Assembly: GCA_964514975.1 (NCBI GenBank)
Contig: CAZESS010000002.1
Location: 96,059 to 160,058, forward strand
Direction: 5' to 3'
Length of the DNA: 64,000 bases
Source: an uncultured Thermoplasmatales archaeon
GTDB lineage: Archaea > Thermoplasmatota > E2 > UBA202 > DSCA01
Shown here: positions 39,764 through 50,306 of the stretch, in pieces
Numbering within the stretch: the stretch's first letter is position 1
Layout of the letters: the number at the start of each line of letters is the position of its first letter
The notes under the pieces: generated by a model
The model's database searches: none
What the model saw: the letters and a program-made list of their open reading frames with translations, nothing else
What the model was told of the DNA's origin: nothing
Position numbers and translations under genes: made by a program

Positions 39764-41745
39764 ACACGCTTGTCATATGTGAGAAAAACATGGCCGCGAG
39801 CCGCATCGCCTACATCCTGTCCGACGGCGGGTCGAAACGAAGCAAGATCAGCGGGGTGCCCTGCTACACGTTCAACGACGGCGCCTGGACGGTCATCGGG
39901 CTGCGCGGGCACATCGTCTCCCTGGACTATCCCAAGCAGTACAACCGCTGGGACCAGGTCTCACCGCTGGACCTGGCCGACGTGGAACCCATCCGGAAGA
40001 CCAGCAACCGGCGTATCGCCACGGCGCTCAAAAAGCTCGCCGACGAAGCGGAGCGGGTCATCGTCGCCACCGACTACGACCGCGAGGGAGAGCTCATCGG
40101 CGCCGAGGGCGTTGACCTGCTCAACGGCAGCCACACCGTCATGCGGGCAAAGTTCAGCTCGCTGATGCCCTACGAGATACGGCAGGCGTTCGGCAGCACC
40201 GACAGCCTTGACCGCAACCTCGCCGCCTCCGCCGAAGCCAGGCGCATCATCGACCTGGCCTGGGGCGCCACGCTCACTCGGTTTATCTCGCTTGCATCCA
40301 ACCAGCTCGGCAGGGACTTCCTGTCCGTCGGCCGGGTGCAGTCCCCCACGCTGGCGCTCATCGTCAACCGGGAAAAAGAACGGGAGGCCTTCGAGCCGAC
40401 GGCCTACTGGCGGCTCATCGCCCACTGCACCGACCGGGCATCATTTGATGCGGAGCACCGGCAGGGCAAGTTCTGGGACGGCGACGAGGCAGCGCGGATA
40501 TACAAAAAGGTCCAGCGGGCGGAGCACGGCATGGTGGAGCGCTACGAGCGGGAGGAAAAAAGCGAGTATCCGCCATCGCCGTTCAACACCACCACGTTTC
40601 TCCGACAGGCATCCAGCCTGGGCTTTTCCGCCGGCGCCGCCATGAAAATCGCTGAGACGTTGTACATGCGCGGCTACATCTCCTACCCGAGGACGGACAA
40701 CACGGTCTACCCGCCCGGGCTTCCCATCACCGGCATCCTCGAAAAGCTCGAGGAGGTGTTCCCCGAGCTGGTGGAGCATACCCGGCAGCACCGGAGGGAC
40801 AAGCCAACCAGGGGCAAAAAGTTCAGCAAGGACCACCCGCCGATACATCCCGTTGGAAAGGCGTCGAAGGACAAGCTCAACAAGCAGGAATGGCGCATCT
40901 ACGAGCTCATCGTCCGCCGGTTCCTCGCCACGCTGACCATGGACGCACTGGCCGCCGTCTCAACGGCGGCGCTCGACATCGCCGGCGAGCCCTTTGAAGC
41001 AGAAGGATACGAGCTGCTCGAAGCCAACTGGCGGGCCATCTATCCCCATTACAACAAAAAAGAGCATCCATTGCATCTCACCACGGGCGAACAGGTCACC
41101 GTCGAAGGCATCGACAAAAACAGGCAGAAAACCAAGCCGCCCCGCCGCTACAGCCAGGGCACCCTGCTGGCCATGATGGAAAAAAACAACCTGGGCACCA
41201 AGTCAACCCGGCATGACATCATCGGGAAGCTCTACGCCCGCAACTACATCAAGGGCAAATACATCTCGCCGACCCATACCGGCCGGGCGGTCATCGAGGC
41301 GCTGGAGCGAAGCGCCGAGCGGATCACCATGCCCGACATGACCGCCGAGCTCGAACACGAAATGAACGAGATCGCCGAGGGACAAAAAACGCTGGACGAG
41401 GTCGTCGAAGACTCCCGCCGGCTGCTCAAAGAGGCACTGCGGCAGCTCCAGCAGCGAAAGGACGTCATCGGCGAGGTCATCCAGGAGGCGATGTTCAAGC
41501 AGCGTTTCATGGGAAAATGCACCGAATGCGATGGCAACCTCATGGTCATCCGCTCCCGCCGGGGCAAACGGTTCATCGGCTGCGACAACTACCCGGACTG
41601 CACCAACAGCTACCCGCTACCGCAAAAAGGCCGGGTGCTGTTCGAGGGCAACTACTGCAAGGAATGCGGCGCCCCCATGGTCACCACGATATACCGGGGA
41701 AAATGGACAAAATGCGTCAACCTGGAATGCCCGTCCAACGACTAG
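39760..41745 (+). CDS. topA: Type IA DNA topoisomerase
   Basis: [36 protein letters not shown]-terminal Zn ribbons. Confidence 0.96.
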   Translation: MNTLVICEKNMAASRIAYILSDGGSKRSKISGVPCYTFNDGAWTVIGLRGHIVSLDYPKQYNRWDQVSPLDLADVEPIRKTSNRRIATALKKLADEAERVIVATDYDREGELIGAEGVDLLNGSHTVMRAKFSSLMPYEIRQAFGSTDSLDRNLAASAEARRIIDLAWGATLTRFISLASNQLGRDFLSVGRVQSPTLALIVNREKEREAFEPTAYWRLIAHCTDRASFDAEHRQGKFWDGDEAARIYKKVQRAEHGMVERYEREEKSEYPPSPFNTTTFLRQASSLGFSAGAAMKIAETLYMRGYISYPRTDNTVYPPGLPITGILEKLEEVFPELVEHTRQHRRDKPTRGKKFSKDHPPIHPVGKASKDKLNKQEWRIYELIVRRFLATLTMDALAAVSTAALDIAGEPFEAEGYELLEANWRAIYPHYNKKEHPLHLTTGEQVTVEGIDKNRQKTKPPRRYSQGTLLAMMEKNNLGTKSTRHDIIGKLYARNYIKGKYISPTHTGRAVIEALERSAERITMPDMTAELEHEMNEIAEGQKTLDEVVEDSRRLLKEALRQLQQRKDVIGEVIQEAMFKQRFMGKCTECDGNLMVIRSRRGKRFIGCDNYPDCTNSYPLPQKGRVLFEGNYCKECGAPMVTTIYRGKWTKCVNLECPSND

Positions 41746-41865
41746 GCGCCACGTGACTTGGGACGGAGATGGGGAGACTTGCAACGGCGGCAGCGCGTTG
41801 CCTTCGGCGGATTACGGGCGTTACATTTCATGCAGATGCGCTTGTTGAGAATCCGCGCCTCGGCC

Positions 41866-42564
41866 TCAGGGAATCGAGCCATGGAAGGGAAAGCAGGCCC
41901 CCTTTTTAACCTTTTGTATCGCCGCCATGTTGTCGGACAGACCGGCCAGATAGTCCTCGATGGACACCACCCGGCCAGATGGCCATATCGAGGGCTTCGC
42001 CAGCGGTGCCGTCATCCGGGGCTGGATGACCCCGGTCCTGCGGAGCATGTCGTAGCATCCATGGAGCGCCGTCATCCGTGCATCCGCCATCCGGAGCGCC
42101 CATACCTCCCCGGGATACATGGTTTCTATGTCGCCACCTGGAACGGCTGCGGGGCAGCGCTCCGAAACAGTGTAACGTGACAGCCCCGGGTGTTTTATCA
42201 CGGGAAACGAACGGCAGACCAGGGGCTTCACCCCGTCGGCGTGGCAGCCCGCATCGCTGAGAAAGGGACAATCCGATGCGCCAAACGTCCAGACGAGGAC
42301 AACACGCTGCTGGGAGCGCTCGTCATGTACATGGAGCAGGGGAACGGGACGAAACGCAATATCCTGCTGCACCGCGATGGCGTGGAGCCGTCGGATCTCG
42401 TCGGTGAACAATGCAACATTGTGCATGCCCTCCCCCGGCGTCCAGACCAGGCCATCCCGCGCGGCGAGCGCCGCCCGTGCCCGGCGGACATCATCGCCCA
42501 TATCATCGCCCGGGGTGGCCGTGCAGCACCGGGCGCATCGGCGGCACACGAAACCGGCGTCCAT
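41866..42564 (-). CDS. YkgJ/UPF0153 cysteine-cluster protein
   Basis: [14 protein letters not shown]....C....[11 protein letters not shown]. Confidence 0.8.
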   Translation of the reverse strand: MDAGFVCRRCARCCTATPGDDMGDDVRRARAALAARDGLVWTPGEGMHNVALFTDEIRRLHAIAVQQDIAFRPVPLLHVHDERSQQRVVLVWTFGASDCPFLSDAGCHADGVKPLVCRSFPVIKHPGLSRYTVSERCPAAVPGGDIETMYPGEVWALRMADARMTALHGCYDMLRRTGVIQPRMTAPLAKPSIWPSGRVVSIEDYLAGLSDNMAAIQKVKKGACFPFHGSIP

Positions 42565-42643
42565 CCCCCGGCAACACCACCCGGCTTTATATCCTTTTCC
42601 GGGCGTGCACATCTTTATTTAGCCCGTCGCTGTTTCCCACTGG

Positions 42644-44017
42644 ATGCACCGCCGCACCATCGTCATCGCAGGAGTCTGCATCGCTGCAGCGCTCGTCGCC
42701 GGGTTCATCCTCGTCCCGGACCTGCTCTACGACCGGTTCATCTGGAAATATTTTGTCGGGCCCGTGGTCGCCGATGCGGTCGGCGAGCCGGTCAGCCATC
42801 ATGGGGTCGAGGCAGCGGCGGGCTACACCCTGCTCTCCGAGCTGGTCTATGGCCTGCTGCTCCTCGTCGCCTTCTACGGCATGTACCGCGTGCTCCAGCG
42901 ACTGCGCATCGAGGTAGACGCACGGTTCATCGGCGCCGCCATGCCCTATATCGTGCTGGGTGCGACGCTCCGCACGCTCGAGGACAGCGGGCTGTTCCAG
43001 CGGCCGCTCACCTACCTCTTCATCTCGCCGGTCATCTACATCCAGATCGGCGTCTACCTCGCCCTGGGTCTGGCAATCGGCATCCTCGCCGGCCGAGCGT
43101 CGCGAGCTAGAGGGCGCCGTATCTTTGTTGCGGCGCTGTCCATTCTGACCGCGGGCTACACGCTGGCCTATCTGGCGCTGTCGGGATGGATGACCGCGGC
43201 GCTCTCGCCGTTCATCGTCGCCCTGGGAGCGATAGCCGCCTTTATCTGCTTCATGCTGCTGCCCCATGAAAGGATGAACGGGCTGTTCTCGTCCGGGCTG
43301 TTTTTTGTGCTGCCCTCGCTGTATCTCATCGGCAGATGGACGCTGGGCGGCCAGTGGAGCAGCTACAGCGAGGTGCACCTGATGGTCGTGCCGCTAGTCG
43401 CCGCGCTGGCGACGGGTATCACCGGGCTGGTCTACCTGGCATCGAGATGGCGGCGCTGGCAGCCGGGCATGGCAGCGGTCAACCTGTCGCTGGTGTTCGG
43501 CCACATGGTGGACGGCTGGGTGATTTTTGTGCTGCCCTCGCTGTATCTCATCGGCAGATGGACGCTGGGCGGCCAGTGGAGCAGCTACAGCGAGGTGCAC
43601 CTGATGGTCGTGCCGCTAGTCGCCGCGCTGGCGACGGGTATCACCGGGCTGGTCTACCTGGCATCGAGATGGCGGCGCTGGCAGCCGGGCATGGCAGCGG
43701 TCAACCTGTCGCTGGTGTTCGGCCACATGGTGGACGGCTGGGTGAGCTACCTGGCGGTGGTCGACCCGCTGGGCATGGGTATCAGCTACGGGGAAAAACA
43801 TCCCCTGCCGCTGCTGCTGATGGAACACGGCGGCGGCATCGCCTACCCGCTGGCGAAGCTCGGCATCGTGCTCGGCATCATCTACGCGCTTGACGTCTAC
43901 CTTCGCGACGAGCTGGCGGGCAGGAACACGCTGACGGGGCTGATAAAACTGTTCGTGCTCGTCCTCGGGCTGTCGCCGGGGCTGCGCGACCTGCTCCGCA
44001 TCCTGATGGGGATCTGA
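42644..44017 (+). CDS. DUF63-family membrane protein containing an exact 74-aa tandem duplication
   Basis: FIWKYFVGP, PYIVLGATLRTLED, FGHMVDG, YGEKHPL, VLGLSPGLRD. Confidence 0.85.
   Translation: MHRRTIVIAGVCIAAALVAGFILVPDLLYDRFIWKYFVGPVVADAVGEPVSHHGVEAAAGYTLLSELVYGLLLLVAFYGMYRVLQRLRIEVDARFIGAAMPYIVLGATLRTLEDSGLFQRPLTYLFISPVIYIQIGVYLALGLAIGILAGRASRARGRRIFVAALSILTAGYTLAYLALSGWMTAALSPFIVALGAIAAFICFMLLPHERMNGLFSSGLFFVLPSLYLIGRWTLGGQWSSYSEVHLMVVPLVAALATGITGLVYLASRWRRWQPGMAAVNLSLVFGHMVDGWVIFVLPSLYLIGRWTLGGQWSSYSEVHLMVVPLVAALATGITGLVYLASRWRRWQPGMAAVNLSLVFGHMVDGWVSYLAVVDPLGMGISYGEKHPLPLLLMEHGGGIAYPLAKLGIVLGIIYALDVYLRDELAGRNTLTGLIKLFVLVLGLSPGLRDLLRILMGI
43302..43745 (+). repeat. Exact 2 x 222-bp tandem duplication
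   Basis: Copy 1 43302-43523 and copy 2 43524-43745 read identical. Confidence 0.92.
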
Positions 44018-44436
44018 TGGGGGATCTGATGCCGTTGCACACCCGTCTGCATCTCAAAGACGAACATGTTGTCTGGCGGCAGCGCATGTCACCCCTGGCG
44101 CTGTGGCCGTTCTGGCTGCTCGGCCTGGCCACCCTCTGGCTCTACGGCCTTGGACTGCTCTTCTGGCTGTACGCGACGGTGAAATGGGTCAGGGTGCACT
44201 ACCTGGTCACCAGCCGGCGGGTCATCAAAGTGGAAGAGCATTATGCATTTTTGCTCCGGGTGGAAACATGCGATATGCTGCTCGGCGACATCACCGGGAT
44301 GAACATATCACGGGGATGGATGGGCGACCTGCTGGGCTACGCAGACGTTGCCATCCATGGAGACGGCAGGGCGGTTACATTGTCCGGCCTGGCCGATCTC
44401 GACGGGCTGCGCGAGACACTGCGGCCATATCTGTAA
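44017..44436 (+). CDS. Membrane-flanked bacterial PH-domain protein
   Basis: Two TM helices then YLVTSRRVI...LLGYADV. Confidence 0.7.
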   Translation: MGDLMPLHTRLHLKDEHVVWRQRMSPLALWPFWLLGLATLWLYGLGLLFWLYATVKWVRVHYLVTSRRVIKVEEHYAFLLRVETCDMLLGDITGMNISRGWMGDLLGYADVAIHGDGRAVTLSGLADLDGLRETLRPYL

Positions 44437-44466
44437 GATTTTTATATCCAGGGCTGCTTTACCTCC

Positions 44467-46284
44467 ATGAAGCTTTTGCTGCTCCACACCGATTACATCG
44501 AATACGAGGCAAAACAGAAGGCCATCGACAGCGCAGCAGACGCGGAAACACCGAAGGACAGGCTGGAGGAGGCGCTGGCCGTGTTCGTCGCCGTCGAGCA
44601 GCCCGACGTGCAGGACATTCCGGCGGTGGTCGACAACGCAGCCGGGGAGATATCCGACGTCGCCGCCAGGGTTGGCGTCGACCGGGTCATGCTGTATCCC
44701 TATGCGCATCTGTCGTCGAACCTGGCCGGCGTCGCTGCGGCACAGGAAACGCTGGCGCTGCTTCACGAGCGCCTCGGCGAAACGTTCACGGTCCGGCAGG
44801 CGCCCTTCGGCTGGTACAAGGCCTTCGCATTGCGCTGCAAGGGTCATCCCCTGGCGGAGCTCTCACGGACGATAACCCCGGAGACAGAAAAAAAGAAAAA
44901 AGGGGAGACGGCGGCGCCGTCCACGTTTTACGTGCTCACCCCTGACGGCGAGCTCATAGAGGCCGACAGCTTCGACTTTAACGGCCACGAGGAGCTCCAG
45001 AAGTTCTATGAATACGAGGCGCACGGCAGCCGCGCCGCCGCTGAGCAGCCGGCGCACATCCGTCTGATGCAGGACCTGGAACTGGTCGACTACGAGCCCG
45101 GCTCGGGCCCCGGCCACATGCGCTGGTATCCCAAGGGGCGGCTGGTCAAAAAATTGCTGGAGCGCACGGTGGAGCAGATGTGCCTCGACGCAGGGGCAAT
45201 GGAGGTCGAGACGCCGTTGATGTACGACACAGAGCACCCGGCCCTGAAAAAATATCTGTCAAAGTTTCCCGCACGGCAGTACCGGGTCAGCAGCGGCAAA
45301 AACGAGCTGTTCATGCGGTTCGCCGCCTGCTTCGGCCAGTACCTGATGGCCCATGACATGGTCATCTCATATCGGCAGCTGCCGCTCCGATTGTTCGAGC
45401 TCGCCCGCTCCTTCCGGCGTGAGCAGCACGGCGAGCTGTCCGGCATAAAGCGCCTCCGCTCCTTCACGATGCCCGACATGCACACGCTTTGTAGCGACAG
45501 GGAGCAGGCGCTCGAGGAGTTCCGGCGGCAGTTCATGCTCTCGCTCGAATGGATACGGCTCAACGAGCTCGAGGGCGAAATCGCCGTCAGGTTCGTCCGC
45601 TCGTTTTATGAGGACAACCGTGAGTTCGCCATCGACCTCGCCCGGGAATGGGGCCGGCCCATCCTGGTGGAGATGTGGGACGAGCGCTATTTTTACTTTG
45701 TCGCCAAGTACGAGTTCAACATGAACGACTCCGTCGGTAAATCGTTTGCGCTGTCGACGGTGCAGATAGACGTCGAAAACCCGGAGTCGTTTGACATCAC
45801 CTACGCCGACGAGCAGGGCGAACAACAGCATCCCCTGCTGCTGCATACCTCCATCTCGGGGGGGATCGACCGCTGTGTCTGCGCGCTGCTTGAAACCGAG
45901 GCGAAAAAAATGCGGCAGGGCGACAAGGGCATGCTGCCCTTCTGGCTGTCTCCGACGCAGGTACGGCTCATCCCGGTGCGCGACGCGTTCATCGACGACT
46001 GCCTGGAGCTCGCCGACAGCATCCCCGCACGGGTGGACGTCGACGACCGGGATGCGAGCGTGTCGAAGCGCATCCGGACCGCCGAAAAGGAATGGGTACC
46101 CGTCATCATCGTATATGGCGACCGCGAGCGGGACGGCGTGTTTCAGCCCCGCTGCCGGTTTGACTGCCCCGATGAGCTGTCGCTCGAGGAGCTCAACAAA
46201 CTGATATCAGAACAGATGACTGACCGGCCATTTGAGCGGCTTTCGCTGCCACGCCGGCTGAGCAGGCGGCCGCAGTTCCGGTAG
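44467..46284 (+). CDS. thrS: Threonine-tRNA ligase, archaeal type
   Basis: MKLLLLHTD editing domain, YPYAHLSS, GHPLAELSR, RFAACFG, FTMPDMH, SPTQVR. Confidence 0.96.
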   Translation: MKLLLLHTDYIEYEAKQKAIDSAADAETPKDRLEEALAVFVAVEQPDVQDIPAVVDNAAGEISDVAARVGVDRVMLYPYAHLSSNLAGVAAAQETLALLHERLGETFTVRQAPFGWYKAFALRCKGHPLAELSRTITPETEKKKKGETAAPSTFYVLTPDGELIEADSFDFNGHEELQKFYEYEAHGSRAAAEQPAHIRLMQDLELVDYEPGSGPGHMRWYPKGRLVKKLLERTVEQMCLDAGAMEVETPLMYDTEHPALKKYLSKFPARQYRVSSGKNELFMRFAACFGQYLMAHDMVISYRQLPLRLFELARSFRREQHGELSGIKRLRSFTMPDMHTLCSDREQALEEFRRQFMLSLEWIRLNELEGEIAVRFVRSFYEDNREFAIDLAREWGRPILVEMWDERYFYFVAKYEFNMNDSVGKSFALSTVQIDVENPESFDITYADEQGEQQHPLLLHTSISGGIDRCVCALLETEAKKMRQGDKGMLPFWLSPTQVRLIPVRDAFIDDCLELADSIPARVDVDDRDASVSKRIRTAEKEWVPVIIVYGDRERDGVFQPRCRFDCPDELSLEELNKLISEQMTDRPFERLSLPRRLSRRPQFR

Positions 46285-46285
46285 G

Positions 46286-48541
46286 TCATTCAGGTCGATT
46301 GACGTACCAGAGCACGACGAGCGCCACGCCGAAGATGACGAGCAGCACGGGCACGATGACCTGGAACAGCATCAGCAGGAAACCGGATGTCTGCGCGTCG
46401 TCGGCCATTTCTTCCACCGATGCCTGGCTCATCCAGTAATGGAAGTCAACGGCTTTGACCCTGCTTTCGTCGAGTTCCTGCACCTGCTGTTTTTGCTGGC
46501 GCGCCGCATCGATGCTTGCCTGCAAATCCCGGGTTGACAGGTCGACCTGGGTGACGGGCATCGTGGTGCCGGAAAGCTGCATCTGCGCTGCCGCGTCACG
46601 CCCGGATTTGACGTTTGCTGTGACGGTGGCATCGGAAAACGACAGGGTGAGCTCGTAGGCCTTCACCCAGAGCGGGCCGGGGATGCCGATGAGATAGTTG
46701 AACAGGTTGACCTTTTTCTCCGACTGCTTTTCCATGTCGACAACCGAGCCGCTGTTGGGCTCCACCCAGTACCGGGTCGTCGTGGTGTATCTGACCTCCT
46801 GCTCGATGCCCTCCGTCGGGTCGTAGACCTGGCGGGTTTCCTCCGTCTCATACAGGTAGGTGTGGATGCCCTCGTGGTCCTCCTCGCGGACATAGCGGAC
46901 GGGCGACGTCACGGATATCTCGGTGTTCCACATCTGGTAGGTCTGTTTTTCGACGCCGGGCGGAAACGTGAAGATGCCCTCGCGGTACATGTCGCCATAG
47001 TCGGGTGCCTCCTCTGCAGTGTCCGCGTAGACGCCATGGGTCTCGCTGCCCGATGCCATGTCGACCACGTTGCCCGTTTCGGTGTCGTAGACCGTGGTGT
47101 TGTCCTCCAGCAGCACGACCTTGCGTCCCTCATCATAATGGAAATCCGTTGCGGTGACCTCCCGGACCATCCGGATGTCGGTGGCGCCCTCCCCCCGAAT
47201 CCAGAGCTCGCCGTTCATCTCCAGATTGGAATGGATGTTCTCCGGGATGGTATGCAGGTCGGGAAACGATGCGTTGACCGTCCCCGTTTTTTCGACGTTG
47301 ACGATGCCCCCGGTCGTCGGCTCCACATAATAAACGGTGTCGCCGCTGTATGTGAGGTCGATGTGCCGGTCGCTCATGCCGGGTATCTCCATGACACCCC
47401 GCGGATGATCCTCCACGGACACAACATAGCGGTAGACGGGCAAGCCTCCCAGAGTGTCCCGACCCAGGTACCGGGCGGTCGACGGGGCACCGATGTCGCT
47501 GTTCCACAGCTCGTAGTCACGGGGCTCGATGCCGATGGGAAACGTCAGCCGCCCGCTCTTGTTGCTGAAATGCGGGTCGTAGCGCATCGTATCTGGGCCG
47601 ACGCCGTCTATGCTCTGGGCCTGGAAGTCGGCGGGCAGCAGATTTCCGCTGGCGTCACGCGCAGTGGTTTCGCTGCCGACCATGTACACGCTGTCGGATG
47701 GCGCGTCCTCCACCCAGATGTGCTGCTGCACCCGTGCGTTCCACCTGTCATAGGGGTCGTCGCTGGCCGCGTTGGACAGGTTGAACATGGCGATGGTGCC
47801 GCTCAGCCGGGCGGTGGTATCCAGGTTGGATGGCATCCGGTTGAGGTCGGGGAACTCCAGGTACTGGCGGATGTGCTTGTCATAGTCGACGATGGTACCC
47901 GTCTCGGGGTGCACCCAGGCGGACTGTTCGCCCTCGTAGAACATCTGCGTGCCTGGCGGGGTGCCCTCTATGCCCGGGCCAATGCAGATTTCCTCCTGGC
48001 TCCCGGAAAACCGGTAGCAGGTCACGCCCGCGACGGTTTCCTCCCCCTGGTAATGGGCGGTGCCCGTGGCCTCCTCGACGTCGACATATCCCTGGCGGTA
48101 CACGTCGTCCATGTCGCTGTTCCAGACCACGTATGCCTTTTTATCAACGCCGACCGGGAAAATGTACTGGCCGACCCGCTCCGTGTCCCCGTATCCGCGG
48201 ACGTTTTTGGAGGTAAACGGGTCGATACCCCATATGTTGGTGTCGGCCAGGTCCGGTATCGGCTGGCCGGACCGGGCACCCAGAACCGATATGTCCTCCC
48301 GGATGAGCAGCACGCCGTCCCGTTCCTCCATCGCGGTGAGCTCACGGTGTATCTCCACGTCGATGTAGTCCATCTGCATCGTGGACGTGTTGAAGATGCC
48401 GAGGTCGCCCTCGTAGACCACGGTTTTGTGCAGGTCGTCGGGAATCCGCTGCATCGACGGGGTGAGCACGAACGAGAACGACGGGGCAACAATGAAAAAA
48501 ACAAGACCGACCACAACCAGGATATGCCGCTTTCCTTTCAT
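46286..48541 (-). CDS. DUF3068 (PorA)-like protein with three repeated modules and N- and C-terminal TM helices
   Basis: Three FP.G.E..Y..WN motifs and three (W/Y)V(H/E)P.(T/S)G..V motifs. Confidence 0.72.
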   Translation of the reverse strand: MKGKRHILVVVGLVFFIVAPSFSFVLTPSMQRIPDDLHKTVVYEGDLGIFNTSTMQMDYIDVEIHRELTAMEERDGVLLIREDISVLGARSGQPIPDLADTNIWGIDPFTSKNVRGYGDTERVGQYIFPVGVDKKAYVVWNSDMDDVYRQGYVDVEEATGTAHYQGEETVAGVTCYRFSGSQEEICIGPGIEGTPPGTQMFYEGEQSAWVHPETGTIVDYDKHIRQYLEFPDLNRMPSNLDTTARLSGTIAMFNLSNAASDDPYDRWNARVQQHIWVEDAPSDSVYMVGSETTARDASGNLLPADFQAQSIDGVGPDTMRYDPHFSNKSGRLTFPIGIEPRDYELWNSDIGAPSTARYLGRDTLGGLPVYRYVVSVEDHPRGVMEIPGMSDRHIDLTYSGDTVYYVEPTTGGIVNVEKTGTVNASFPDLHTIPENIHSNLEMNGELWIRGEGATDIRMVREVTATDFHYDEGRKVVLLEDNTTVYDTETGNVVDMASGSETHGVYADTAEEAPDYGDMYREGIFTFPPGVEKQTYQMWNTEISVTSPVRYVREEDHEGIHTYLYETEETRQVYDPTEGIEQEVRYTTTTRYWVEPNSGSVVDMEKQSEKKVNLFNYLIGIPGPLWVKAYELTLSFSDATVTANVKSGRDAAAQMQLSGTTMPVTQVDLSTRDLQASIDAARQQKQQVQELDESRVKAVDFHYWMSQASVEEMADDAQTSGFLLMLFQVIVPVLLVIFGVALVVLWYVNRPE

Positions 48542-48606
48542 CTCGTCACCTGACAGGGAAAAATATCCCCGCTGTGTATAAGTATGTTTCGGGAAAAAAG
48601 AGGGAG

Positions 48607-48732
48607 CGCCCCGGCCGAGATTTTCATCCATGCCGCCGGATGCGACACGGCTTTGAACTCGGGTCGCGAGCTTGCTGCAAGCCCCGCGGGGCTCTCGACA
48701 GGCTCGCATGATAACCACTACACTACCGGGGC
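48607..48732 (-). tRNA. tRNA-Asp: tRNA-Asp(GTC) with two introns: 37/38 (48673-48695, 23 nt) and 59/60 (48621-48651, 31 nt)
   Basis: Removing both introns gives the 72-nt cloverleaf GCCCCGG..CGAGC CT GTC GA GCTCG CGAC CCGAG TTCAAAT CTCGG CCGGGGC G; both junctions form BHB motifs. Confidence 0.93.
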
Positions 48733-48777
48733 TCAGACTGGTATAGCATTCCCGTTAATAACATTTTCCGTTTCATG

Positions 48778-50262
48778 CTACAAAATAATCGGCGGCTCCG
48801 CGAAAAACGGTTTTTCGAAAAAAGCGGGGTCGACATGGCTCCAGTCGTCGAAGTCGCCCTCGCCGTGGCTGCCATCACTGTAGTCCACGAGTCCCCATGC
48901 ATAGCGATAGTTCATGCAACTCCGGTAGTTTTCGTAGATGCTCCAGCCGGACAGCCAGGGATAGATGTTGGTGGTGTTGTCGATACCATGGTAGGTATGC
49001 CAGAACAGCCCGAGCGTATGGCCAAGCTCGTGCATGAACAGGCTCGCCGTGGCGGTGTCACGGGCCATCGGCGTCCACCGGTAGTTCTTGATGGCGCGCC
49101 GGGCGACCACGAAACAGTTGAACTGGTCGTCACGGTCCGGCCAGTAGGAGTATCCAGCAACGTTGCGTCTGCCCTCCATGGTATAGTAGGCCATGACCGC
49201 GTAGCGGAACACGTCCTGCCGCCATGCCTCGCTGCCGCCATGCAAAAAATACTGGTCGTAGTAGGCGGCCAGCTTCTCCGGCGTGTAAAATTTTTCGAAG
49301 GGCAGTATCTCCCCGCCGCCGCCCATCAGCCCGTCGTCAACGTGGAGCATGATATCGTGCCGGGCGAACGCCGAAATGACCATTTGCTTTGAATACTCCG
49401 GCAGCGTTGTATGGCCAAAAAACTGGTTTTCCATGTAATCGACCTCCACGAAAATGTCCTGCCGGAAGGGGTCGGCGCCGTAGAAGGCCATGCGGTATTC
49501 CTCGATGTTCTGTATGCCGTCTTTGTCGGGGTCCAGGCTGCTATGGTTGTCAGCCCGCAGCGGGCTGTATCCCCATTGATCTTCCCATTCGATGGGCACG
49601 CCGTCGCCGTCCATGTCCTCGCCCGTATTGTCCACCGCCGGGTCAGTTCCATAGATGTAGGTTTCCTCGTACCAGGTCAGGCGGTCGTGGTCTGCGTCGG
49701 TCTGATAGATGGAAAACCAGAGCTCGCAGTCATGGTCGTCCAGGCTACCGTCCTCCGCACCGGAGACGTGCCCCATACCGTTCGGGTCATGCAATCGGTC
49801 GTCACCGGTCCACCGGCCCGTTTTCAACGAATACACAAGGTGCAGGGTCTGTCCCCGTCCGGCACCATGACCCGGGCTGATGTCCATGTCGGTTTGCTCG
49901 TCGCCGTCTATCGTGTACAGGCGGACCGTGATGGAAACATTTTCATCTGAGTCGTCGACGTCCTGCACGTGCCGCCACCGGGGATATGCGTCGATGCCGC
50001 CCCATGGACCGACGCCCTCGATGGTCTGCCCATCGATGGTGATATCCATCCCATACAGCGGCGAAGCACCTCGCTCAACGTTAAGCATGCGGATGCGGTC
50101 GATACGGAAAATAACCTCGAGGTCGACCATCGGGTCATAGTCACCGATGACCTCCCGGGCCTCGGCGCCATCGCCTCCATCTCCCTGTCCATACAGGTAC
50201 ACGGCGACAGCGATGACCAAAACGCCGAGCAGCGCGAGCATGACATACCTGCGGAGCTCCAT
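48778..50262 (-). CDS. Membrane-anchored zinc metalloprotease with Ca-binding DxDxDG repeats
   Basis: N-terminal TM helix; DMDGDG, DPDKDG; FMHELGHTLGL; SCMNY Met-turn. Confidence 0.82.
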   Translation of the reverse strand: MELRRYVMLALLGVLVIAVAVYLYGQGDGGDGAEAREVIGDYDPMVDLEVIFRIDRIRMLNVERGASPLYGMDITIDGQTIEGVGPWGGIDAYPRWRHVQDVDDSDENVSITVRLYTIDGDEQTDMDISPGHGAGRGQTLHLVYSLKTGRWTGDDRLHDPNGMGHVSGAEDGSLDDHDCELWFSIYQTDADHDRLTWYEETYIYGTDPAVDNTGEDMDGDGVPIEWEDQWGYSPLRADNHSSLDPDKDGIQNIEEYRMAFYGADPFRQDIFVEVDYMENQFFGHTTLPEYSKQMVISAFARHDIMLHVDDGLMGGGGEILPFEKFYTPEKLAAYYDQYFLHGGSEAWRQDVFRYAVMAYYTMEGRRNVAGYSYWPDRDDQFNCFVVARRAIKNYRWTPMARDTATASLFMHELGHTLGLFWHTYHGIDNTTNIYPWLSGWSIYENYRSCMNYRYAWGLVDYSDGSHGEGDFDDWSHVDPAFFEKPFFAEPPIIL

Positions 50263-50306
50263 GCCCCCACAACGAAACAGGGGTATTAATGATTTATTAT
50301 ACAATG

